A stretch of DNA of 47,162 nt from Octopus bimaculoides (GCF_001194135.2 NC_068997.1:7666225-7713386); one strand, 5' to 3'. Shown: positions 12,696 through 24,984, counted from the stretch's first letter. The notes: generated from the sequence alone by a model not told the origin. Translations and numbers: made by a program.

Positions 12696-12746
<51 letters not shown>
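12696..12746. repeat. (TAG)n microsatellite
   Basis: Direct reading. Confidence 0.95.
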
Positions 12747-12747
<1 letters not shown>

Positions 12748-13115
12748 CATATAGTAAGACTATTCCAGGAAAAATGGTGACTGTACTCTGACAATAATTA
12801 TGCCAGCAGTTACGCCTCGCTGCAAATATCGTATAAGCTCGCCCTGTAAAACTGGGTTTTTTTTTTTAATACGCAAATCTGATTGGAAAGATCTATGTTG
12901 CTGCCATCACTCAAAAATCCGGGAAACGTTTCATATAATTTTATTGGTCAGATATTTGCTGACGTCATTATTCAATCTGTCAAATTTCCGGTTGCTGTTT
13001 ACAAACAGATCCCGATTGAGAATCAAAGTGTAGACGTGCTACACGTGCATATGTGTGTGTGCATGTCTTTATGTGTTTCATGTATGCATGTGTGCATGTA
13101 TAAAGCTATACTGAC

Positions 13116-13296
13116 CCGTCGAGACTGAAGCAGTGAGCCGCTGTAAGTAACCAAACTTCGTCTATAAGTGTGGCTCCACAACTGCGGATGCTAGGTTCGT
13201 TGTCTTCTGGTGTGAAGTAAGTGGCTGACAATAACACTAACCAGGGGAACTCCTTATTCTGAACAGCATTACCACCGATTATCGAACTGACAAAAG
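13116..13296 (-). CDS. Internal exon of a trypsin/chymotrypsin-like serine protease (peptidase S1A), from the end of the leader through catalytic His57
   Basis: Translates (A)FVSS-IIGGNAVQNKEFPWLVLLSATYFTPEDNEPSIRSCGATLIDEVWLLTAAHCFSLD(G): IIGG N-terminus, PW, CG-x-LI, W-LLTAAHC. Acceptor tatctcttttcag (AG at 13298-13297, phase 1). Donor GG|gtcagt after 13116 (phase 2); alternative donor TCA|gtatag after 13112. The phase 1/phase 2 layout matches exon 2 of vertebrate trypsin genes. Confidence 0.9.
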
Positions 13297-14202
13297 CTGA
13301 AAAGAGATACGCATTTACATGAGGTTTTAAGTGCCTCCGGCAGGAGAGCAATTCAAACTAAATGCATGGCTATTGAATGAGTATAATTATAGAAAATATT
13401 TAAACTAACATTTTCACCAAACACCTATAAATATTTCTTTTAAAAATGACTTAAACAAATCGTAGCCCAAATATTTTTCATTTAAAATAATTAAACTCCA
13501 TGCGGTGCAAAGAAATTAATGAAAACACAAATGTCTTAACGTCATCGCTTGCCCAAACGAATAGACAATTATCATTCAAAAAGCGGAAGTCCATACCAAC
13601 TTTCTAACGGAAGTGAGGTTGTACACAAAATAATATATGACATATATTATACAAATATTATACAAATATATTATACAAAATAATATATGACAACCACCTT
13701 ACAAACTGCAAAGTATCGACTTAACCTCCATTTTTTATTAAAACTAATCATTACTTGAAGAGTAGAGATCACTCCATATTTCTTTTCTTAACGTAACATT
13801 ATTTCCCTAAATGAGTCACTAACTTTTACAATTCTATCTCCAAATATTCCAACCTCATTTATTATTCTCCTGTATCTAATAACGTGACTGGAAAACACGT
13901 TTTGTTTGCGCCAAAGGAAACGATGCAATACGCAAATTGAAATTATCAATTTTATTATAAATACTAATCACAATTTTTTTTATTTATACACCATGCAAAC
14001 ACACGCACTTATATGTACATGTATATGCATCATACATACATTATATATGTGTATATATATNNNNNNNNNNTGAAGCCTGCGTCAAAATCCATTGATACGG
14101 TCACAAATTCGGCGACAAATAAACACAAGAAATAAACAAATGAGTGGAAATTGAGTCGGTGAGTGTGTTATATTAAAGCACTAAGTCTCTCTCCAGACAC
14201 AA

Positions 14203-14203
<1 letters not shown>

Positions 14204-14250
<47 letters not shown>
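14204..14250. repeat. (TTA)n microsatellite (tail of the adjacent Dong-like fragment)
   Basis: Direct reading. Confidence 0.95.
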
Positions 14251-14251
<1 letters not shown>

Positions 14252-14497
14252 GACGTTGCACACTATACAATATTGTGATGTTGTTGATTGAAGATATTGT
14301 GTCTACCGGGGGTTTGTAATGTTTGTCAAGTCACAGCAAGGAACTCAGACAGACAGACTACTTTACGCAATATGCGTGCAATTCCAAGTAATGCCGATTT
14401 TTCTCAATACATCTAGATTGTAGGATATTTCTAAAGTTTCCAGATGTCTTTTCAGGTTTGGTGGTATTGAACTCAATGCTCCGATGACAACAGGACT
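14251..14497 (-). mobile_element. R4/Dong-like LINE 3' end with 3' UTR
   Basis: PVVIGALSSIPPNLKRHLETLEISYNLDVL, then after a 1-nt frameshift KSALLGIARILRKV. This is the typical R4/Dong C-terminus (PxVIGALG...LQKxALLGTAxILRxVL). A roughly 100-nt UTR runs into (TAA)n. Confidence 0.8.
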
Positions 14498-14499
14498 AT

Positions 14500-14598
14500 T
14501 CAGGATCGTCAGCACGCCGGGCAAAATGCTTAACAGCATTTCATTCGTTTTTTTTCGTTCTGAGTTCAAATTCCGCCGAGGTCGGCTTTTCCTTTCAG
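14500..14598 (+). mobile_element. SINE family A, 5' fragment
   Basis: cagcacgccgggcaaaatgcttaacagc...ttctgagttcaaattccgccgaggtcggcttttcctttc. Confidence 0.75.
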
Positions 14599-14761
14599 AC
14601 CTTGCGCCTATAGTAGAAAGGATTATTATTATTATCATAATTAATAGTAGTGATCTAAGACCAAATTTGCCTTTGTCTAATTTAAACTGAGATTATAAAG
14701 CAATGAGTACAACAAAAGCTGGGCATTTGTTGTGGCTCAATATCTACTTGGCCAGTTCTCC

Positions 14762-15014
14762 TTTCTTATTTCTTTATTGCCCACAAGGGGCTACACACAG
14801 AGGGGATAAACAAGGACAGACAAACGGATTAAGTCGATTATATCGACCCCGGTACGTAACTGGTACTTATTTAATCTACCCCGAAAGGATGAAAGGCAAA
14901 ATCGACCTCGGCGGAATTTGAACTCAGAACATAGCGGCAGACGAAATACCACTAAGCATTTCTTCCAGCGTTGCTAACGTTTCTGCCACCTCGCCGCCTT
15001 CAGCTCGCCGCCTT
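14762..15014 (-). mobile_element. SINE family A, full length
   Basis: Highly similar to 5026-5253 along its whole length. Its 5' end (plus strand ctcgccgcctt) abuts an N-gap. Confidence 0.88.
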
Positions 15015-17144
15015 NNNNNNNNNNNNNNNNNNNNNNNNNNNNNNNNNNNNNNNNNNNNNNNNNNNNNNNNNNNNNNNNNNNNNNNNNNNNNNNNNNNNNN
15101 NNNNNNNNNNNNNNNNNNNNNNNNNNNNNNNNNNNNNNNNNNNNNNNNNNNNNNNNNNNNNNNNNNNNNNNNNNNNNNNNNNNNNNNNNNNNNNNNNNNN
15201 NNNNNNNNNNNNNNNNNNNNNNNNNNNNNNNNNNNNNNNNNNNNNNNNNNNNNNNNNNNNNNNNNNNNNNNNNNNNNNNNNNNNNNNNNNNNNNNNNNNN
15301 NNNNNNNNNNNNNNNNNNNNNNNNNNNNNNNNNNNNNNNNNNNNNNNNNNNNNNNNNNNNNNNNNNNNNNNNNNNNNNNNNNNNNNNNNNNNNNNNNNNN
15401 NNNNNNNNNNNNNNNNNNNNNNNNNNNNNNNNNNNNNNNNNNNNNNNNNNNNNNNNNNNNNNNNNNNNNNNNNNNNNNNNNNNNNNNNNNNNNNNNNNNN
15501 NNNNNNNNNNNNNNNNNNNNNNNNNNNNNNNNNNNNNNNNNNNNNNNNNNNNNNNNNNNNNNNNNNNNNNNNNNNNNNNNNNNNNNNNNNNNNNNNNNNN
15601 NNNNNNNNNNNNNNNNNNNNNNNNNNNNNNNNNNNNNNNNNNNNNNNNNNNNNNNNNNNNNNNNNNNNNNNNNNNNNNNNNNNNNNNNNNNNNNNNNNNN
15701 NNNNNNNNNNNNNNNNNNNNNNNNNNNNNNNNNNNNTTTATCTGAGTCAATTGTTTATGTTTCGTAGTCGGAAGAAGCATCTATCAATGGGTGATCAATC
15801 ATTTTGACTGGTGATAAAGTATAAAATGGAAATCAAGACGTTCTTTCGCGGTAAAAGTTGAGTGAATGGTTTACGAACGACAAGTTGCTGGATCGAATTA
15901 CCAGGACCTTCATCATATTTTGTCTCCTTTAAGGAAGACCTCGATACCAGAAAATTCTTTCTTGGGCGTAGCCAAGGTCAACTTTTTATGGAGGAATGAT
16001 TAATTGAGCACGCAACAAGTCTTCCTGTCTCCATATGATTGATGTTGTCCATCGGTGACGACTGATGCAGTTTGGAACCAGCATTGTTACAGGCGAACTC
16101 GGAACGTTTATACCGCTAGACATCTCATTAAACACTAACAATTCCACGGATCCAACTCCCGGGGCTGTGAAATCTTTCCTTGTTTTCACAATAATACAAA
16201 TACAAAGAATAAACAAAAGTTAAGGCTATTTTGGTGATGGAGTTTATTTTAGGACACTTCAACGAGAAGGAAAATATTTGTAGCTTGTTGCTGCCGTTTC
16301 TACTGCTCCTAAACATTAATTATTGTCATTAAAACTTGATTATACACTAATTGTTATAATTACTGCAGTGAATAGTTTTAGTTTTACCCGTGTCGAACAC
16401 TGAATTCAATCGTTACTTCGTTCCCCTTTGATTTCCATTCACATACGTTCAGAAAAAACAAACATCTTACCAGTGGATCAAACCTCTTCGTCTGCCAAAA
16501 TTGTTCAAATGCCGACCAAACAGAAACACGAAATATCATTTATAGAGCATGAATATATTCCACAACAGAATTACTTGTAGGATGGTGTTTGTGTATATAA
16601 ATTCTTCGAAAATATTCAGATGGACACACTCTCCATATGGATTAGACCTCATATTTTAGAAGTAAAATAAATGGAAATGTTTAGCGCTCACACCTTTCAA
16701 GAGACATTTAGCGACGTAAGTAAAATAAAAAATAATTCTTAGTAAATACAGAAATTGCCTTCAAAGGCGCCTATCACAGATAAAACTGTTACTTCTTGTG
16801 TCGGGCAACAGCAGCCATTTATAGCGGAGCAAGGGAGACAATATGAAATTGTATCGTAATTTAGAGGCACAAGAGATATGAAATGGCTTTCGAATGGTGA
16901 TGAAACAAGGACAAAACACTGTTTGATGATAACAAATGATAACAAATCGCTTTCTTGGCGATGTTTTTCTACAGAAAATATTGTTAAGGTGAATTGGCAG
17001 AATCAGTAAGTTTTGAGTTCAAATCCTTCGGAGTCAATATTGTTTTTTAGTCTTCCAAGAGCAATATAATCGAACTTTCAACTTTCTGCAAAAATTAGAA
17101 ACCAATATTTTTTATGTCTAGTTTTGTCACAAAGCTATATGCTG

Positions 17145-17245
17145 GTGGAAGTAAACAGTCGATTATATCAGTCTCTTGTAAGAACTTTACTTTATCGACC
17201 CCGGATGAATAAAGGTCAAAAATTACCTCGGTGGTATTTGATTGC
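17145..17245 (-). mobile_element. SINE family A, degraded
   Basis: cagtcgattatatc...ttatcgaccccggatgaataaaggtcaaaaattacctcggtggtatttga is a diverged family A core. Confidence 0.55.
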
Positions 17246-17658
17246 AAAACAGACTAAACAAAAACAAAGGGACTGCAAGGTATTTCGTCCGACGCTGTTC
17301 TTGGAGTTTTGTGAAGATCAACATTTAATTTCACATACCTTTCTCAATAATTATAGCAAGCATCCAGTATATGGCAATTGTTAAAATCATACTGTTTACC
17401 GAGTCAGACAGTTCGTGTCAGCATTCGTCTCTGAAAACAATAGAAGATACAGAAGGTCTTGATTGTTTATTTACAGTTAAGTTGGTGGAACTGGAGAAGT
17501 ATCAACTAAAAAGAGAAAATTTATTTTAACCAATAACCAATACTTTTCTCGGAAAATATGGAAAAATAAATCCAGACAAATTTTAGCGTCATCTGGTTTC
17601 TCTAAGCGAACGTTTCATATATAGAACTATATACGTGTTGTCAAAGAAAAGAAGAGTA

Positions 17659-17760
17659 CAGTAATCCTTCGGCTATTGCGGGTGTTACGTTCCAACCCCG
17701 CCCCACGATAAGTGAAAATCCGCGAAGTAGAAACAGTACCGTATATATTTTGTTATTATT
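17659..17760 (+). mobile_element. Tigger/Tc1-mariner-type MITE, left end only
   Basis: TA|CAGTAATCCTTCGGCTATTGCGGGTGTTACGTTCC...GATAAGTGAAAATCCGCGAAGTAG resembles CAGTAATCCCTCG-type TIR ends. No partner TIR was found. Confidence 0.5.
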
Positions 17761-18284
17761 TTCTATAATTTGCATATATGTACCAGCACCGAAAGACACT
17801 GAGGCTAAAAAGAGCAGTAACAGAAATCGTAAACAGAGTGAGCATTTAAAAATAAATTTTAAGCGGAAAGGAACTGAAATCCCTAAGGAAGCAAAATTTC
17901 AAAAAGGGGGAGGTGTTGGAAAGAACGAAGAAAAATGAATAACAAAATAAATGTCTTCTCCTACGGAAGTCGAAACCTTAAAAAGGGAGATGTGGCGAAA
18001 GTCACGACATCTCCTGCGAGAATAGACTTGACCGAGCGACTATAAATAGTAGCGGTCTGGGACAGAGTAGGCGTTAGGAAGTCGCAAGGTGTGGTTTTGG
18101 TAGTTTGTTGGAATATCATTGGTTGGTTCGTGTTTTAGTTCGTGGAGGATTTATTGGATTTTTATGTTGTTATTACCTGCTTCGCTATATGTTTTATTGT
18201 TACTACACGGTTATAGTGAAAACAAGTATCGTCATAAAGAGTAGTACAATAACTAGTGACGAGTAACTACGTTACAATAACATC

Positions 18285-18690
18285 CTTACCATAAATAGGA
18301 TGCTTTTTGATGTTTGGCGCTACCGCATGTGTGACACTTCAATACAACTTTTACCGGATCCCCTCTCACCAAATAAATAGCGTCCTGGATTTTAAACCTA
18401 TTTTCAGAGATGAGGAGCTTCCCAGCCTCTATCGTGAACTCCTACAAATTCTGATAAGAATTCCATGTAGAATTCCTATCCTCAGTCAGGCCTATATTGG
18501 AACAAGGTTGACAATCCTCTTGGTTCTCCTACTGATGCATAGTAGTGACTAGTTCTTTGGGGGATTTTCGCCCATTCTGACTCAGGAACTTCGAGTATAT
18601 TATGTCCCAATATTCAGCGTTTGTCTTTATACCCGAAATCCGCCGCCTTGTCCTCTAGCAAATACTCCATTCACGATGCAAAATTGCATC
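18285..18690 (-). pseudogene. Possible decayed retroelement ORF1/gag-like fragment with a CCHC-type zinc knuckle
   Basis: One minus frame with a few stops ends ...IQDAIYLVRGDPVKVVLKCHTCGSAKHQKASY, i.e. C-x2-C-x4-H-x4-(Y; TAT is one transition from TGT) at 18295-18336. Confidence 0.3.
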
Positions 18691-18704
18691 ACCTTGTTTA
18701 TGTC

Positions 18705-18975
18705 GGTTACGACGACGAGGGTTCCAGTTCATCCGATCAATAGAACAGACTGCGAGTGAAATTAATGTGCAAATGGCTGAGTACTCCACAGACACAGAAT
18801 GTGACAAGGCAAGCCCTTTGAAATACTGGTACTATTTATTTTTGCCAGCACAGTGTACTGGAGCAATGTAAAATAAAGTGTCTTGCTCAAGGACACAACG
18901 TGTCGCAGGGAATTGAACTCACGATTGTAAGATCATGGGGTGAACACCCCAAACCGCTAAACCACATGCCTTCAC
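18705..18975 (-). mobile_element. tRNA-derived SINE, family C
   Basis: Reverse complement contains a tRNA-like head, ccttgagcaagacactttattttacattgctccag, and the tail gatcggatgaactggaaccctcgtcgtcgtaaccga shared with 19685, 35985 and 46995. Confidence 0.75.
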
Positions 18976-19684
18976 TCTTCTATATCTATNNNNNNNNNNN
19001 NNNNNNNNNNNNNNNNNNNNNNNNNNNNNNNNNNNNNNNNNNNNNNNNNNNNNNNNNNNNNNNNNNNNNNNNNNNNNNNNNNNNNNNNNNNNNNNNNNNN
19101 NNNNNNNNNNNNNNNNNNNNNNNNNNNNNNNNNNNNNNNNNNNNNNNNNNNNNNNNNNNNNNNNNNNNNNNNNNNNNNNNNNNNNNNNNNNNNNNNNNNN
19201 NNNNNNNNNNNNNNNNNNNNNNNNNNNNNNNNNNNNNNNNNNNNNNNNNNNNNNNNNNNNNNNNNNNNNNNNNNNNNNNNNNNNNNNNNNNNNNNNNNNN
19301 NNNNNNNNNNNNNNNNNNNNNNNNNNNNNNNNNNNNNNNNNNNNNNNNNNNNNNNNNNNNNNNNNNNNNNNNNNNNNNNNNNNNNNNNNNNNNNNNNNNN
19401 NNNNNNNNNNNNNNNNNNNNNNNNNNNNNNNNNNNNNNNNNNNNNNNNNNNNNNNNNNNNNNNNNNNNNNNNNNNNNNNNNNNNNNNNNNNNNNNNNNNN
19501 NNNNNNNNNNNNNNNNNNNNNNNNNNNNNNNNNNNNNNNNNNNNNNNNNNNNNNNNNNNNNNNNNNNNNNNNNNNNNNNNNNNNNNNNNNNNNNNNNNNN
19601 NNNNNNNNNNNNNNNNNNNNNNNNNNNNNNNNNNNNNNNNNNNNNNNNNNNNNNNNNNNNNNNNNNNNTTCACCACAACTTTCT

Positions 19685-19895
19685 CTCACTCTTACTTCCT
19701 GTTTCTGTTGTGCCTGTAATTCAAAGGGTTAGCCTTGTCACACTGTGTCACGCTGAATATCCCCGAGAATTAAGGGTACACGTGTCTGTGGAGTGCTCAA
19801 CCACTTGCACGGTAATTTCACGAGCAGGCTGTTCCGTTGATCGGATCAACTGGAACCCTCGACGTCGTAAGCGACGGAGTGCCAACAACAACATG
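19685..19895 (+). mobile_element. SINE family C, 3' part ending in (AAC)n
   Basis: gtcacactgtgtcacgctgaatatccccgagaa...cgacggagtgccaacaacaac, near-identical to the reverse complement of 46995-47162. Confidence 0.82.
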
Positions 19896-20759
19896 TATGT
19901 ACGTATGTATGTATGTGTGTATGTATGTATGTATGTATGTATGTATGTATGTGCGATATATATGCAGAATAAAATCCTCTTTGTCGGAGTCATATACAGT
20001 GACTCACTATGCTAGAAATAGTAACCAAATCTCTCACATATCCTATTCTACCATTCTATAAACAGAAAGGGGTACACAGAATAAAGTAGTCGTCGGTTAC
20101 TATGTATTTAATTAAAACACTGGATGGTCACGGTTTCAATGCGTTTGATCACAGCTCGGCTCAGTCCGGGTTAACTCGGGGTTAAACAATACCAACAACC
20201 TTTTGGTTCCTCCTTTGGCTCCACGCGACCCTAAAGACCTGGATGTTTTAATATCTGTTATTTCTTAATTCATTTCTTTAGTTATTTATTCTTGTTTTGT
20301 ATATTGTTTGTGCCTTGTAGGTTAATCGATCGCTCATCGTCTCAGTAATTACTTTATTATTTAATTAGCGATTCTGGCTTAGATATCGATCAGAAATCAG
20401 TTTTGTAGTTGTACTGTGGTCATTGAATATGTCCCTTTTTATAGTTTCTGTTGTTGTTGATAAAGATAATGATAATTAGAATGATGATCACGGCCATGAT
20501 GACCATCATAACGTAATTGTTATTGATGATTCTATGCTTTCTTTCAGATTTCTTTAGATTGATAATCAGACAATCAGTCGCTGTTCCATTATTGGTCTAC
20601 TCTTTCATGTGGAAGACATTTTGCTCTGCCAGACAATATGCCTCACAGTTTTTATATTCTGTCTCTTTCCATTCTGGTTTCAAATCCTGTTGGGGGTCAA
20701 TTTGCCTTTTATCATTTCGGATCGATAAAATAAGTACTATTTTTTTTTCCTTTTATTTT

Positions 20760-21110
20760 CCTGATAATATTTTCCAAATAATATGGGTACATTTTAAGGG
20801 CGATATTTTCTGAACTTTGCATGTAGAAGATTTAGCCGTCAGTTCTTCGATTTTCTATTTTGCATCACATTTTTCTGTTCGTAACGATCCTACAAAACAA
20901 TGTGCAGACACTGTCCTTATGTCAATATTCTGTATTTTTTCTTTTTTATATTCCTATTTCTGCAGGTTTTTTCAAACTTATTTTACTGATATTTTATCAT
21001 CTGCTAAATCAATATTATCACATCAGTAAATGTACAATAGCACCATACTTTGTCTTTTATAACAATATCAGCGGGGTTCAATTGTATCTCCATAACTGTG
21101 TATGTGTTTG
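20760..21110 (-). mobile_element. Highly decayed R4/Dong-like RLE endonuclease fragment
   Basis: Frameshifted remnants: PADIVIKDK, DDKISVK*FEK, KVQKISPLKCTHIIWKILS, collinear with RPDIV...KExEK...QKxALLGTAHILRKVLS. Confidence 0.55.
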
Positions 21111-21223
21111 GTGATGCAAACAGAAAAGACAGGAACTCAAAACATGAGTATTCTGTTGTCTAGGGAAAGACATTATACAAACTAGATACAAAAAGGAAGT
21201 AAAACATGATTGTGTGTGTGTAT

Positions 21224-21281
<58 letters not shown>

Positions 21282-22106
21282 CTGTATAACTATTTATAAC
21301 TGCATATAACTTATATGTATGTAAATATCTCAGAAATTCGCCCACGTTCCTCGATAACTTTATGTTATGATTGTACCATCTTCATCTGCCGGGGTTTATT
21401 TCTTTGGCATATATTTCAAGGTGAATGTTTTCATGATTATTCTGTCTCAGCCGATGGGAGTCATTCTGTCAAGATGTGGCTAATGAGCACGCCACATTGG
21501 CCGCACATGTAGCATTCAAGCTTCATACTTTGTTTCAGTTTAATTTTTCTACTAGTTTCTCGTTGGCAGACGATGGGCCTAAACAGTAACTATCGAACCT
21601 TCAAATTCTCATTCATTTGAGAAACTTTCAATCAAATATATCCCTGTTGTGTTTCACTATCGGATTTATTCCTCAGTTAAAGGTCCTTTAGTAGCTAAGT
21701 TTATGTTTTATTATGTTTTTCTATTTCCTTGATTTCTTTTACTTGTATTGTATATATGTACACTCTGGTACGCATGTGTGTTTAACACTAAATATGTTTT
21801 TGCTGCTTTTAGTGACTGATATTTGTGTAGAGTATTTATTTCTTTGCTACTATTTCTAAACTGATTCAATTTTTTGCTTTTATCATATTTTGTAAATACT
21901 TGTAAGATGTCTGACATTTTCTCGTCGTAAGTGTCCAATCCATCTCTAAAGATTTTATATACGTACATATATACACGCATACATACACACACACACATAT
22001 ACATACATACATACATACATACATACATACAAACATACATACTTACATACACACATACATACATGCATGCATGCATACGCACGTACATACATACATGCAA
22101 ACACTT

Positions 22107-22235
22107 CAAATTCTGCTGAAGTCGACTTTGCCTTTCACCCATTGGAGTCGATAAAATAAGTACCACTAGTGATCAATGTCATCGACTTGTCCCTCCCTTG
22201 AAATTGCTGAGCTTATGCCAAAATTTGAAACCAAT
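22107..22235 (+). mobile_element. SINE family A, 3' part
   Basis: gaagtcgactttgcctttcacccattggagtcgataaaataagtacca. Confidence 0.72.
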
Positions 22236-24442
22236 ATCTCAAAAAGCATCAAAATTAATTATTGATCGTAAATAGTCATTTTGTCTGAAGTTTCTGTGTG
22301 GAATGTGATGTTTTGTAATATTCTCGGAACCATTTCCCAAAATAAGTTTTATGACGGAGAGGAGCTCCAAGTTGCAAATAACAGTCCTAGATACAAACGA
22401 TTTGAGACACAAAGAGGGGATGGTGTGACTGATAAACTATGTACCATTTACACAACTCATCAACTGTGTACCATACTTGTGTATCCTAGTTCTTTAATTA
22501 ATCAACCTATTAACTATGACAAAGAAGTCCAATTTCAAGCTACCACTCCCATTTTATTATTTTTCAAACATTTTCTGTATCTGTGTCAAATTTATTTTAA
22601 AATTCATTCTTCGATTAACCCCGACTCGTTCTTCAAGCAGTTTTAATTTAAAATGAAAATAAAAATTAAATCGATTAATCCAGCAAAGCAGTTAAGGCCA
22701 AGAATTGATCATTTTAAAACTTTCACAAAGAGTACTGGTTGCAGTTTGGTAATGAGAGGAGGGAAAAAACAAGCGATAGTTTAATGTTATTTGTGTCTTC
22801 TTTTTAGATCACGACAACAAAAGAAGTTAATACTTTCATTGAGATGAGAACGTAACCTCTATAAATCAGAGGTTTTACGCATGTGCAAGAAATCAATGCT
22901 CGACTTGCAAGAAAAAGCAAGCAAATCTTCCACAAATCATATCCTAGCATCTTGAAAAAATGTAGTCGAGACTCGATATGTCTGAAAAAATTATTAATAA
23001 ACACGAATGATATAAGTTGGTACACTTTTCAGAACTGACTTCGGAGTAAGTAATAACAATTACAACAAATACAAAAATATGAAACAACAGAAAACCGACA
23101 GGTTTAAAGTTTGTCAATCACAAAATAATGAGAAAGCCATAACAATTCACAACGAGCGACGTTGTTGTTGGACGGCGGCCATACTAGGGCACCACTTTGA
23201 AGTGCTTTAGCCGGTCATATCTCACCATCGATTCTTGCAAACAGAACGGTCTGTAGCAGAAGAAATGCTGCGAACTAAGACCGCAAATATCTATTTTATA
23301 CCATGGATCAGAATTTAAGGCATTTCGTCTTTTCTTTCACTCGAGATAATTCATAATTTATATGAATATTTGTTGAGTATTTTGGTGAAACAGTTTGATT
23401 CAAATTCGTTGGTACACTTCAGTTTCCAGCGCAATGCTAGTCGTCAGCCATTTTGAAGTTGAATACACACACACACACACACACATATGTATATATGTGT
23501 ATATATATATATAATTATATATATANNNNNNNNNNNNNNNNNNNNNNNNNNNNNNNNNNNNNNNNNNNNNNNNNNNNNNNNNNNNNNNNNNNNNNNNNNN
23601 NNNNNNNNNNNNNNNNNNNNNNNNNNNNNNNNNNNNNNNNNNNNNNNNNNNNNNNNNNNNNNNNNNNNNNNNNNNNNNNNNNNNNNNNNNNNNNNNNNNN
23701 NNNNNNNNNNNNNNNNNNNNNNNNNNNNNNNNNNNNNNNNNNNNNNNNNNNNNNNNNNNNNNNNNNNNNNNNNNNNNNNNNNNNNNNNNNNNNNNNNNNN
23801 NNNNNNNNNNNNNNNNNNNNNNNNNNNNNNNNNNNNNNNNNNNNNNNNNNNNNNNNNNNNNNNNNNNNNNNNNNNNNNNNNNNNNNNNNNNNNNNNNNNN
23901 NNNNNNNNNNNNNNNNNNNNNNNNNNNNNNNNNNNNNNNNNNNNNNNNNNNNNNNNNNNNNNNNNNNNNNNNNNNNNNNNNNNNNNNNNNNNNNNNNNNN
24001 NNNNNNNNNNNNNNNNNNNNNNNNNNNNNNNNNNNNNNNNNNNNNNNNNNNNNNNNNNNNNNNNNNNNNNNNNNNNNNNNNNNNNNNNNNNNNNNNNNNN
24101 NNNNNNNNNNNNNNNNNNNNNNNNNNNNNNNNNNNNNNNNNNNNNNNNNNNNNNNNNNNNNNNNNNNNNNNNNNNNNNNNNNNNNNNNNNNNNNNNNNNN
24201 NNNNNNNNNNNNNNNNNNNNNNNNNNNNNNNNNNNNNNNNNNNNGACGTAATGAATTTAACTTGTATTTAATATATTTATTATTCTAAGTTTCAAGATAA
24301 TTAACACTTATTTGGTAAGAAACTGCTTTCAGAAAGCATTTATGCTAAATTTTTCAGAGCTATCTATATCTTATAATTCTGAGTTATATCATTTGATTTT
24401 AAGTTATATTAAGTGAAGTCGTATATCTCTACTACTAATGTG

Positions 24443-24487
24443 TTGCTGCGCTTTGATGCGCTTTGCTGCGCTTTGCTGCACTTTGCT
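24443..24487. repeat. 10-bp minisatellite (GCTGCGCTTT) x about 4
   Basis: gctgcgcttt gatgcgcttt gctgcgcttt gctgcacttt gctg. Confidence 0.8.
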
Positions 24488-24945
24488 GGGGGTGTATTTA
24501 GATGCAGAGAGGATAAATTCGGATTTCGTAGAAATTTGAACTCAATGTTTACACCTCACGTCCTACATTTTTCCTGTCGCCACTTTGTGTGTGTGTGTGT
24601 GTGTGTGTGTATGCAAACGGAACCCTCAACACCAAGTGAACCTGGGATTAACCTAAAGGACCACAAGAACTTCCAGGATAATCCTACTGTAAGACTAATT
24701 TGCCCAACTATATATATGTGTGTGTGTGTGTGTATATATATATACATATANNNNNNNNNNNNNNNNNNNNNNNNNNNNNNNNNNNNNNNNNNNNNNNNNN
24801 NNNNNNNNNNNNNNNNNNNNNNNNNNNNNNNNNNNNNNNNNNNNNNNNNNNNNNNNNNNNNNNNNNNNNNNNNNNNNNNNNNNNNNNNNNNNNNNNNNNN
24901 NNNNNNNNNNNNNNNNNNNNNNNNNNNNNNNNNNNNNNNNNNNNN

Positions 24946-24984
<39 letters not shown>

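Noticed and set aside
16128-16175. GSWIRGIVSV as a serine protease W-x-L-x-GIVSWG motif
   Set aside because: Followed by a stop, with no GDSGG upstream and no suitable splice sites.
16470-16545. TATAAA plus GTAAGA donor as a non-coding first exon of the protease
   Set aside because: Plausible spacing, but there is no independent support and no phase-1 signal-peptide exon was found to connect it.
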